Virus record (IMG/VR): IMGVR_UViG_3300042429_000905
Span: 1-52,233 of that record
Origin: a virus
Taxonomy: Duplodnaviria > Caudoviricetes
Reading direction: 5' to 3' (one strand)
Length of the DNA stretch: 52,233 bases
In this document: positions 22,631 to 33,300 of the stretch, piece by piece
Position numbering within the stretch: the stretch's first letter is position 1
How the letters are laid out: the number at the start of each line of letters is the position of its first letter
The notes under the pieces: model-generated
The model's input: the letters and a program-made list of their open reading frames with translations, nothing else
Database searches by the model: none
What the model was told of the DNA's origin: nothing
Program-made: the position numbers and the translations under genes

Positions 22631-23655
22631 CCCCAGCGCCCCTCTCCAAAGTCATCCGGGTGGTCGCCAAAGCCACCAGTAAGGACCCCGTTGCCAACCG
22701 CGATGAGATCGTGGACCTGATCAACGGGACTCTCGACATGCTCTACCGCACCGAGTCGTTGGTGTGGCTCTACTTCAAGTCCGACGGCTGCGCGATCACC
22801 GAGACGTTCACCGAGAACTGCCGCAACGGGGCGTTCACCTGCTTCACCGCCGTGGTGATGCCCGCGCAGTTGCAGAACATCCGCGAACTCCGCGCCGACG
22901 CTTACAAATACGAGATCACCGCCAAGCGGGTGGCCACCGACTTCGCCTTGGGCCGGGACTACCTGACCGGAAGCGACTACCCGCTCGTCCGGGGCTGCGA
23001 ACTCAAAGCCGAACACCTTCCTCCCCGGTTGCTGTCCCGCGACATCCCGAGCAACGACTCGCGGGTGGTCACGTTCCGGTCCGACAGTCAGGAAGACTGC
23101 GGCAAGCTGATCGGCGTCAAGTACTACGACCTGAACAACCGCGAGCAGCGGATCGACATCGTGCTCGGACCGGGCCGCGTCTCCACCGGGACCTCGGTCG
23201 GCGAGTTCGTGGAGATCGTCTTCCCCGAACGCTGTGGGTGGATCACCGTCGAGACCGACAACGGCACTGAGTTGGGGCGATACCATCCCTCCATCCTGAC
23301 TCCGGTCCACGAGTGGTTCCGGCTCCAAGGCACCTTGCCCGGACGCAAGATCCACTACTACGGCCTGCGCGAGCCCATGCCGCTGGTGTTTGATACCGAC
23401 CTCGCGCCGTTCTCCGACAACACCCTCTGGCGGTTGGCGCTCAAAGCGTACGAGCACGTCGATACCCTCGAACTGACCGCAGGGCAGCAGCAGGGGCTCA
23501 ACCGGATCTACGCGTCACTGGCCGCTGTCACCGCCGCCGACCAGCGCAACGACAACATGAATTTTAACACGCTCCTCATGCCGGAGTCCGGGCGGACCAT
23601 GCTGTCCACCGGAAGGGCCATGATGAGGAGAACCCGCCGCTATGTCCGATACTGA
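22627..23655 (+). CDS. Probable head-tail adaptor / tail tubular protein
   Basis: Helical ends with a beta core, 6 Cys; assignment mostly from context. Confidence 0.5.
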   Translation: MTPAPLSKVIRVVAKATSKDPVANRDEIVDLINGTLDMLYRTESLVWLYFKSDGCAITETFTENCRNGAFTCFTAVVMPAQLQNIRELRADAYKYEITAKRVATDFALGRDYLTGSDYPLVRGCELKAEHLPPRLLSRDIPSNDSRVVTFRSDSQEDCGKLIGVKYYDLNNREQRIDIVLGPGRVSTGTSVGEFVEIVFPERCGWITVETDNGTELGRYHPSILTPVHEWFRLQGTLPGRKIHYYGLREPMPLVFDTDLAPFSDNTLWRLALKAYEHVDTLELTAGQQQGLNRIYASLAAVTAADQRNDNMNFNTLLMPESGRTMLSTGRAMMRRTRRYVRY

Positions 23656-24097
23656 CTTAACCGAGGCCATCGAAGCCTTCGGGGCTTCAGGACTAGACCT
23701 CTCCCCACAGGAGTTGGTGGACCATGTCGAGCACCAGATGGTGACCCACTACCCGTTGACGGAGAACCCGGTCACCCACGCGTTTACTCCGGGGATGTAC
23801 TGCCGGACCATGTACATGGCGGGAGGGACGCTTGCTACGTCGAAAATCCACAATCAGGAGCACCAGTACGTCATCGTCAGCGGGTCATTATCCGTATGGA
23901 CAAAGGAGACCGGTGCCGTTACCATTCACGCACCGTTCCACGGCATCACCAAACCGGGAACCCGCCGTGTTGTGTACGCCCACACCGACGTGTGCTGGCT
24001 TACTTTCCACCCCACTGACGAAACCGACTTGGCCGTTATCGAAGATCAAATTATCATGAAGCACACCAACATTTTGCTGGAAGGGAGTCCGTCATGA
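23642..24097 (+). CDS. Cupin-like phage protein
   Basis: HAFTPGMYCRTM..G.L.TSKIH..H..SG..KPGTRR..AHTD..W.TFH. Confidence 0.75.
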   Translation: MSDTDLTEAIEAFGASGLDLSPQELVDHVEHQMVTHYPLTENPVTHAFTPGMYCRTMYMAGGTLATSKIHNQEHQYVIVSGSLSVWTKETGAVTIHAPFHGITKPGTRRVVYAHTDVCWLTFHPTDETDLAVIEDQIIMKHTNILLEGSPS

Positions 24098-25194
24098 CTT
24101 GGGTAGGAGTTGCCGTAAGTGTGGGCGGAGGCGTAGTTAGCTCCGCAATGTCTGCCGGTTCTGCCAACAAGCGTGCCAACGCCGCGTCCAAAGGACTCGA
24201 CGAAGCCGTGGCCTACGCCCGCGCCAACCCTTCCGCGTTTGGCGAGAAGCTCGACTGGTCAGGTGTCGATTACAGTCCGATGTTCAAGTCCGATCCCGGA
24301 TATGGCAACATCGCGGGCAGCACCATCGCAGGGAACCAGCGCAATCTTCCGGCGAACTTGAACCTGATGCGGGAGACCAATCAGGCCATCACTAGGGACT
24401 CGATGGACCGGATCAACACCCTGTATCCGGGGTTTGCTGCCGCAGTGGGCCAGCAGTCGCAGAACACGCAGAACTTCCTGCGCGGTCAACTCCCCATGGA
24501 GGACCAGAACATGATCACTTCCCGGCGCACCGAGGCTCAGTCCCTCGGCGGCGGGAATGCCAACGCCCAGCAGGTCGCTGCCGACCTCGGACTCGCTCGC
24601 ATGGACCTGATGAACCAAGGGCAGGCGGGAATGAACAATCTCGTCAACATGTTCAATGCGGTCGATCCGGTAAACCGCCGGGTGAACCCGCAGTCCATGT
24701 TCGTGGACGTCGGTCAGGCCATCAGCAACTCCATTGCGGAGAACCAGTTTGGGGCTCAATTTGCCCAGTCTGAGCGCAACGCCGAGTTGGCGTTCGGGAT
24801 GCAGCCCGATCCGCAGAAGGCCGGACTGCTGAACCTCATCGCTGGACGAGGCGGTCTGCAAGCGGCTAACCAGCCGACCAGTGTCGCCGGTGCCGCCCTC
24901 ACAGGTGGTATCAATGCAGGCATTGCAGGGTACACACGGCAGGCGGACCAGCAAGCGCTCCAGAACCTGTTGCAGCCACAAGCTCCTCCGATGGGCTACC
25001 AGCAGGCGGTGACCAGCTTTGGTGCTCCGTCGGCGGCGGTGAACGGATTCCGCAACCTCTCCGGCGGCTACGACATCACCGGCGGACAAGCACCCGGTGT
25101 GGCAGGACAGGGGGCGCTGTCCACTAGTTTTGTGGGACCTCCAGATTACAGGTATACCCAAGCCAGCAATAAACCTTGGCCCAAAGTCTCTTAA
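24094..25194 (+). CDS. Internal virion / DNA ejection protein
   Basis: MTWVGVAVSVGGGVVSS N-terminus, rich in Gly, Ala, Gln and Asn. Confidence 0.7.
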   Translation: MTWVGVAVSVGGGVVSSAMSAGSANKRANAASKGLDEAVAYARANPSAFGEKLDWSGVDYSPMFKSDPGYGNIAGSTIAGNQRNLPANLNLMRETNQAITRDSMDRINTLYPGFAAAVGQQSQNTQNFLRGQLPMEDQNMITSRRTEAQSLGGGNANAQQVAADLGLARMDLMNQGQAGMNNLVNMFNAVDPVNRRVNPQSMFVDVGQAISNSIAENQFGAQFAQSERNAELAFGMQPDPQKAGLLNLIAGRGGLQAANQPTSVAGAALTGGINAGIAGYTRQADQQALQNLLQPQAPPMGYQQAVTSFGAPSAAVNGFRNLSGGYDITGGQAPGVAGQGALSTSFVGPPDYRYTQASNKPWPKVS

Positions 25195-25198
25195 CATC

Positions 25199-27346
25199 AT
25201 GGCTGTTACTCCAGATCCCGTCGGCGCATATAACCAGTCTTTCCAGACGGCGGACACCTCCCGCCGCGACTACGAGCGTCTTGAGATGCAGCGCCAGTTG
25301 CAAGCTGAGGCTGCGATCCAGCGTGCCCGCGAGCAGAAGGCGAGCGACTTCAAGATGATGATGGAGGCGATTGGTCGCCGGGACGATCTGAAGCAGCGGG
25401 TTTTCGAGAACGACATCAGAACCAAGCAGCTTGCCAACGACACCGTGACGGCGCAGGCGAACGCCTACCGCGCCCGCAACCCGATTTCCCGCAGCGGGCA
25501 GGGCTTACGCGAATTTTCTCTTTCAGGGGTTCCGCAACCTGCCATTCCGGGAGATGGCACTACGTCATCTACGGTTCCGCCTATGGGGGAAGGAAGCGTA
25601 AATGCGAGTGGCTCATCAGCAAATGGTGCGGAGGCCGATTTACCGATGACAGCCGGAGTTAACACCAATTTTCTGATCCCATTTACTGTTCCGCCGACTG
25701 CTGCGTCCGGTACTGTTCCTGATCTGCTCCCCGGAGAACTGATGTTGCCTCCGCAAGCGCCGACGGACAACACCCCGCCCGCCACCCCGCCTAGCTCTCC
25801 CGGCCTTTTGCCGGTCAGCACCCCTGCTTTTACACCGACTCCCTCTGCGCTCAACGCGGGGCTGATGCCGCGCACTGTTGCGCTTGCTCCTACTGCGGTT
25901 CCAGCAATGGACGTCCCAAATACCGCTCCTGCTACGAGTCCGCAGGCCATGCCACAGCTTCCAGCCGCGTCTACTACCGCGCCCGCCGTGTCCGCACCTG
26001 TGCCGCGACGCAACGATTTGATGGGGTACATGCTGAATAGAACCGACCCTTACACCGACAGAATTGACATTCCACGCGTTGCGCAGATGCCGGAAGTCCC
26101 AGTGTTTGGCCAAGCCGACATCGCCGCCGAAGGACGCGATCAATTAAACAAACTGGCCGAGTTTCAAGCGCAGGCACAAGTGGGGGCCACTTTAGCTTCC
26201 AGAAATGTCGATAAAGCAACTCGAGAGCTAATGTCCGGAGAATTAACCCCGAACGGCGTTCAAGAGGCACAGAAATATATTGCACAGCAAACACTCGCCG
26301 CCACGCAGGCTTCCCGCGCAGATGCAAAAGCAGGCCAGCAAATAGCCCAAAACGAGGAAGTTTTAAAAGGGATTGAATTGCGTCAAGGTGCCCTTAACCG
26401 CTTGGGTAACCTCAACGGCGTGCTGCCAATAGGGGATCGCAGGCAAATCTACCAAGAAGCGTCAGACCCCAGAATGGCGCAGTTGGCAGAGCAGAAAATC
26501 GCCGTCCTTACCGAGTACGACGCCTTTCGGCAGCTTAATGGGATCACCAATGCCAGCCGTGGATACAGCACGGCAGAGCAAGTGGTGCGGGCAAAACGAG
26601 AACTCGATTCGCCCGATGCCATCAAGGACCGCAAATTGGTTGAGGACTCCCAAGCATATCAAGCTGACATCAAAGCACGTCCTGATATGGATGAGCAAAC
26701 AAAAGCGGATTTTGAATTGGAAATCAGAAAAGCTAACCCCGCACAGACAAGGCAGAACCGGCTTATTACCCGACTCAACGACGCGCTTAAAGCCGACAGG
26801 CTACCGACGAGGCCACCAGCAACAGCGGCTGTCAAACCGGAAGACATCAGGGTAAACCCTGCTACCGGAACTGCCGCCGCGCCCGGAATCGACCGCAGCG
26901 GGGGCAGAGACATTCTGAGCAATCAGCAGAAAGTCGATCAAGCCAACCAAACTGCTAGGAACGAATACTGGGGGGCAAACACCGCCGACGTCGCCCGGCA
27001 AGTCTTCATGGACGGTGGCAGGGACGAAGAAGGCAACATCGTTCCGCCGTTCAGCATCGCGCTTTTGGAGAAGATTGCAGAAGGCAAAACCAGTGGGCCA
27101 GGTTTCAGGGGTGGACAAGCAGGCGCACCCCAGTACGCGGACACCATCGTCAAACAAAATCTCTCCAACTGGACGCCGACTAAAGGCGACCGTGTCAACT
27201 GGGGTCGGGAAACGCAGCCCACCGCGCAAGACTTCCTCAAAATTGCAGCCCGAGATAGATTAGACAAAATCAAGGCGGGCGCGGTTGCAAACGGGCCTCT
27301 CTCCCCCGAGAAGAAGAAAGAAGCAGAACAATTTCCTATAAAATGA
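25199..27346 (+). CDS. Internal virion / ejection protein, 715 aa
   Basis: Coiled coils with a long Pro/Ala/Thr linker; lies between ejection genes. Confidence 0.65.
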   Translation: MAVTPDPVGAYNQSFQTADTSRRDYERLEMQRQLQAEAAIQRAREQKASDFKMMMEAIGRRDDLKQRVFENDIRTKQLANDTVTAQANAYRARNPISRSGQGLREFSLSGVPQPAIPGDGTTSSTVPPMGEGSVNASGSSANGAEADLPMTAGVNTNFLIPFTVPPTAASGTVPDLLPGELMLPPQAPTDNTPPATPPSSPGLLPVSTPAFTPTPSALNAGLMPRTVALAPTAVPAMDVPNTAPATSPQAMPQLPAASTTAPAVSAPVPRRNDLMGYMLNRTDPYTDRIDIPRVAQMPEVPVFGQADIAAEGRDQLNKLAEFQAQAQVGATLASRNVDKATRELMSGELTPNGVQEAQKYIAQQTLAATQASRADAKAGQQIAQNEEVLKGIELRQGALNRLGNLNGVLPIGDRRQIYQEASDPRMAQLAEQKIAVLTEYDAFRQLNGITNASRGYSTAEQVVRAKRELDSPDAIKDRKLVEDSQAYQADIKARPDMDEQTKADFELEIRKANPAQTRQNRLITRLNDALKADRLPTRPPATAAVKPEDIRVNPATGTAAAPGIDRSGGRDILSNQQKVDQANQTARNEYWGANTADVARQVFMDGGRDEEGNIVPPFSIALLEKIAEGKTSGPGFRGGQAGAPQYADTIVKQNLSNWTPTKGDRVNWGRETQPTAQDFLKIAARDRLDKIKAGAVANGPLSPEKKKEAEQFPIK

Positions 27347-30300
27347 ACTGGTCCGAAGTCATAGAAAAACCCGGGTTCTCCGATCTTAGCACTTCCCAGC
27401 AGGACATTGTTCGGCAGCGGTGGGTGGATGAGGTCTACATGCCGCAGGCTGTCAAAGCCGGGTGGAATGAATCGGACATGTCCGCGCTGCGACAAGAACA
27501 AATTTCCAACTACGACAACGGCCAAGGGTACATCTCGTCCTTCGCCAGCGCCGCCGGACGTGGCGCGGCCTCCACCTTCACCTCCGCCGTGCAAGGTGTC
27601 GGTGCCCTCACCGGCAGCGAAGCCATTGAGCAAGCTGCCCGCGAGATGGACACGGCGGTCACGGAGAACCTGACGGTCAACCCGTCCATGGGGAAGACCA
27701 ACTTCACCGGCAACGTGCTTGGCAACGTGGCCGGGTTCCTCGCGCCCGGTATGGCAGGGATGAGGATCGGCAGAGCACTGGGTGCCGGGGCCGAGTTGGT
27801 AGGCGGAACTGCCGCCGAGGTCGCCGCCCAAACTGCCGCCCGAGCCGCCAGCGCCCAGTTGGGCGGGCGAATCGCCGCCAACACCACCATGCTTGCCTCG
27901 GGCGCAGGCAGCGGGGCGCAACAGGCCGACCGATACGGCATCGAAGGTCCGGAGCGCATGGGCATGGTCCTTGGTAACGCGGCCACCGAGATGCTTTCTG
28001 AGAACATCTTCGGCCTTGGTTCTGAGTTGAACACGATGAGCAGGCTCGCCGGACTTGGCGGACTTGGGGCAAACGCGGCAAGAAGGACCGGCGGGTTCCT
28101 CGCCGACGTGGGAGAGAACACGGTGGAAGAAATTGCTGCCAACGTGGGGTCCAACCTCGTCGCTTCAACCTTCGCTCCAGAAGGAGTGCAGACCCCCGGA
28201 ATACTTGAGAACAACGTCGAAGCAGGAGCTGGTGGTGCCATTGGCGGCGCGTTCTTCGGCGGCATCAACCTGATGCGTCCCCTTCCGCCCGTTGCTCCGA
28301 GACCTTCCGAGGCCATCAGCGCTGGGGTGGCCCAGCAAGCGGCAGCGGCTAACGATCCTGAAGCTGCGGCTGCACATCCGGGAGCCAAGTTCCAACCTAC
28401 CCCTGCTCCGCAAGTTCCGGGGGCTATTGCGTTTGATCCTACCATCGCTGACCCGTTGGCACCTGCTGCCGGGGCGCTACCTCCGCCACCCGGATTTGCA
28501 GAGACAACTCCTGCGGAGGCATTTCCAGCAGCCTTGCCGCAAGGGTTACCTGCGGCGGCGGCAGTTCCGGGAGCCGTGCCAGAAGCATTTCCTGCGGCGG
28601 AGACGCTACCCGCAGCGCCCGCTGGGGCACTACCTGCGGCAGAGGCGCTTCCCGAGTTGGACATCTCGCTTCAGGCGGGCGCGTACACGGGGGATCTGCT
28701 GCAAGGAAAAGAAGTCATAGGGGAGGGTTCCGAATCCACAGTTTACAGGGACGGAGACTCGGTCATCAAAGTGTCCGAGCCCTACAACGATAACTCAGAA
28801 GAAACATTCCAAGCGCGGGTGGACCGCGCAATGGACATTGATAATTTGATAGGGGATGGAACCTTGTCAGTCGAAGGATTTTACCGGTCGAAGAACGGCA
28901 CAAAAAACCCAGTGTTCCGCCAAACTTTTGCGGAAGGTCGGCCAGCTACCCGTGAGGAGATACAGGCATACATGGAGTCCCGTGGGTTCCAAGTTAAAGA
29001 AGCTGGAACTACCACGGACACGTTTGTAAAAGTATCCGATGGTGTGGAAATCACCGCATCCGATTTAGACGGAGCCAACGTGGTGGTAGGGACTGACGGC
29101 AAATTCCACGTAATTGACGCCGACTTGGTTCGGAGACCTGCACCAACCCAAACTGCGCCTGTGACGGCACCAGCGGGTGCGGTGCCGCCCGTCGGCGAGC
29201 CCCTCGTGGCAGGGCGTTTTACGGGAGTCACCGAAGCCCCTCCCACAGAGCTGTTCCACTCGGGAGAACTTCCTGAAGGGCTGGATAGCATCGACCCAAT
29301 GCGGACGACCGGAGCAAAACAAGGCAAACGTGGAAGAGACTTCGGTGGGTTCTACGCAGGGCCAGCCGAAACCGCCGCCAAATACAAAGGACCGAAAAAC
29401 CGGCTGGCTATTGCTCCGGGAGCGCGGGCCATGCGGGTCGCAGCCAGAGGAGCCATCGAAAGGCTCAGTCTCAAAGACCGGCAGGATCTCCTTGACCAAG
29501 GCGTGGACATTATTTCAGGCATCGACATCAGGGGTCTCCCTGAGTCCGTGATCCTTAACAAAGACGTGATCCTGTCGGTTGAGTTGGACACGCAAACGGC
29601 ACCAGCGGCGACACCTGTGACAGCACCAGCGGGTGCGGTCCCTCCCATGACGGAGCAGGCACCGCCCGTCGCGCCGCAAACGCCTGCGGTCCCGCCAGCG
29701 GCTCCAGCAGTGGCGTCACAAGGAGCCACCCCCAGCGACCTGATCGACCAGACTGGCAGGCTGACTGTCGAGGGTGCGCAGAGCATGATCGAGGCGATCC
29801 AATCGCTCGGCCTTACCACCGCTCCGTTCGTCATCAACAACACCGGAGTGGCTCCCGGCGTCATCGCCCCTCCTGTCGCAGGATCGACCACCCCGGTGGA
29901 CGGTAAGCCTGTCGTCTTTTTGAACCAAGAAAGGATGACTCTGGACACGCCGCTCCACGAGACGACCCATCTGCTCACCCCCACTTTATTTGCCGAGCAG
30001 CGGGCGCTTTACGATGTAGGAGCCGCGCTGCTGGCCGACTCCCCTTTGCGTCAGGCCATCGTCAACCGGTATGTCACCGAGGCTGGCATGACCATGACCG
30101 ACGAGCAGATCACCGAGGAGGCAATGGTGACCGGGTTGGCCAACAACGGAGCCGAGTGGCTCAGAGCCTACGCGGGCAACGCCAAAATGACACGGGCCAT
30201 CAAGGAGTTCCTCGCCAAGGTGCGCGAGTGGTTCGACGACCTGATGTACTCCAAGGGGTTTAACCCCAACATGAGTCTTGAACAGTTCTACAAGAAGGTG

Positions 30301-33300
30301 AACCGGCAGATTCTGGCTGGGAAGCTGCAACAGCGGGCGACGAACGCGCCGGTGCAGGCAATGTCACTGGCGGACATCGAGAAGCTGAAAAGCCCGACTG
30401 GCATCCCACTGGCGGCGTTTGCGTCCAGATACGCCAAGGACATCAAGCCAGCGGACAAAACCTTGGCAGATGCGGATCGGATCGCTTCCGAGAAGCTGAA
30501 CGAAGTAAACCAAAATCCGGGTTCGCTCCTTCCGACCGCAACCGCACAAGGGGTCAGGGAGTACCACACCCGCATTCTGATCCAGCCTGATGGTAAAACT
30601 TACGACCCCAACAACCTCAACCATGCGGATGCCACTCCGGAAGTACTAGCCATCTATCAAATGCGGCAGAACGGTTCCGCTGCGGCAATGGAGCAGCAGG
30701 AAGCGGACAGAGTAAATCAGATACGGCAGGACGACCTCAAGAAACTGACGGATTACCTGAAGGAAAACACGGATTACTCCCCATCCGAGGCGATGGTAAT
30801 GGTTCTCGCCGCCAGCAAATACGGAGTCAGGTCCAAGAAGACGGACGACGTGGTGACTTTTACCGCCGTGGAGATTACGGACAAAAACCAAGTGATGGTC
30901 CCGGTGGTAGACGGGACGATGGTCCCGCGCCTGCGCGATAAGATGGCCACTGGGATGTCCATGAAGAAAGCCTTGGAGGCTGCTTACACGGACGCCATGG
31001 ACGCTCAAGTCCAAGCCAACCGCGACAACAGGTACGAGGGACTGGTAAAATTCAGACAAAGTCAGAATTACGAGGACGCCGTGGCGCTGAACAAAGCCTG
31101 CGCCGGAACGCCATGGTGTACGGGAGCTTCTACCACCACGGCGGAGACCCACATCAACGGCGGAGACTTCTACGTGTATTTTGAGGGTGGCATTGCTCAA
31201 GTAGCGTTCCGTATGGACGGGAACGACAAACTGGCAGAGCCTCCACGGGGAAATTATGAAGGCCAAGCTCTTAACGAGCGGCAGGCAGAGATTGCAGATA
31301 AAGTTTTGCGCGGCGGGGAGATACCCGGAGGACAAGGATTTTTATCGGACAGGGACTTTATCAGCAAGGTCAAGAACGACCTTGCGGGTATGACCGACGA
31401 CGAAGTGTTTATGGGAATGTTCGCCAGCCGAAAGTCTGAAAACGGATATGGTCCAAACGCACGTAAATTCCCGGAATCGGTAAAAATCGCATTGGAAGGG
31501 CAATACAACCTCCGAGATCTTCGCGCAAAAGGGTACTACATGTTGAGCGACGACTACCCATCAACAGCGGTAGCTGTTTACAGTTTAATGGGACGACGTA
31601 CATTTTACCCAAATCTACGGCTTGTTGCACTGGACGTGTCCAACAACGAAGGGGAGCTAAACTTGCCCGCGCTTACAACGGTCGGAGGAAATGTATCTGG
31701 CAACGTAGGGGATATTAAGTTTCCCAATCTAATCACAATTGGCGGGGGGATGTCGTCCAACAAAGGGAGCATAAACCTACCCGCGCTTACCACAATTGGC
31801 GGAGAGGTGTCCAGCAACGAAAAAGACATAAACCTACCCGCGCTTACCACGGTCGGCAAGAGCGTGTGGTTTAACAAAGGGGACATTAACCTACCTGCCC
31901 TTACCACGATTGGTGCGTCTGCATCCTTTAACAATGGAGATTTAAATTTTCCAGAGCTAACTAAGGTTAGCGGATCTGTGTCTAACAACGCAGGTAATCT
32001 TAACTTCCCTACGCTGACCACGGTGGGCGGGGAAGTGGCTCGCAACACAAAAGATCTAAACTTTACTGCGCTTACCACTGTTGCAGGGGGCGTGTCCATT
32101 AACTATGGAGATCTGAACTTTCCTGCGCTTATCACTGTCGGAGATTCTGTAAACGACAACAATGGAAATCTGAATTTTCCAAAGTTAACCACAATTAGGG
32201 TGGACGTGTCCAGAAATACAAAAGATCTAAACTTCCCTGCGCTTACCACTGTCGGAGGGGATGTAGCCCACAACAGCGGCATTATCTTTCCCGCGCTGGC
32301 CACGGTTGGTGGGGGAGTTTACCGCAATAGTTGGAACCTTGACTTCCCCTCGCTGACCACGGTTGGTGAGGGCGTTTACAACAACGACGGAAACCTGAAC
32401 TTCCTTGCGCTTACAACGATTGGCGGAAACTTAACCAGCAACTTAGGAGAACTAAATTTTCCTTCGCTCACCACAGTTGGCGAAAAAATATCTCGCAACG
32501 TAAACGACCTTAATTTACCTAAGCTAACGACGGTCGGTACGGATGTGTCTAACAACGAAGGAAGTCTTAACTTCCCTGCACTTACCACGGTTGGCGGGTC
32601 AGTGTATCGCAACGAAAAAAATCTTAATTTCCCCAAGTTAACAAAGGTTGGTGCGGATGTATCCAGCAACACAGGGGATCTTAACATGCCCGTTCTTGCC
32701 ACAGTCGGCGGGATCGTGTCCAGAAACACCGGGGACCTTAACATGCCCCTGCTGGAGACGGAACCCGTTTTCACCGGTAAGTACGCCGAACAAACCGGCG
32801 CGTCGCAGGCTCCCGACACCCGCTTCTCCCTCGCCCCCGCCACTCCGACACCTCAGTCTGCGCGGCACGCAGCACTGGAAGCCAAGCACAACGACGGGAC
32901 CATCACCCCGGCGGAGACGGCGGAGGCGCAAGCTCTGGTGGACGAGGTGGCAAAAGCTGCCGGGTTTATAACTGGATTAAACCATTTTAGTAAATCTACT
33001 GGGTTTACCACTTTTGAACCCAAGAAAGCGCTTCACATCGGTCATCACTTCGGTCCTCTGCATCAAGCTGCGGCTATTGAAAGGCAAGTGACACGCGACG
33101 GCAGACAGGGCAAAATGTTTAACGTCGCACTAAGCGTCAAGAATCCACTCAGAGTAGCCGATGGAGGCGATTCGGTGTACAAGTCATCCGAAATAGAATT
33201 CAACGGGGTGACTTATTACAACCAAGGATGGGGGTATAACGTAGCGGACGCGCTTCAAGCAGCAGGTAAAACAAAAGCTGCCAAAGAGGTCGTGCAAATC

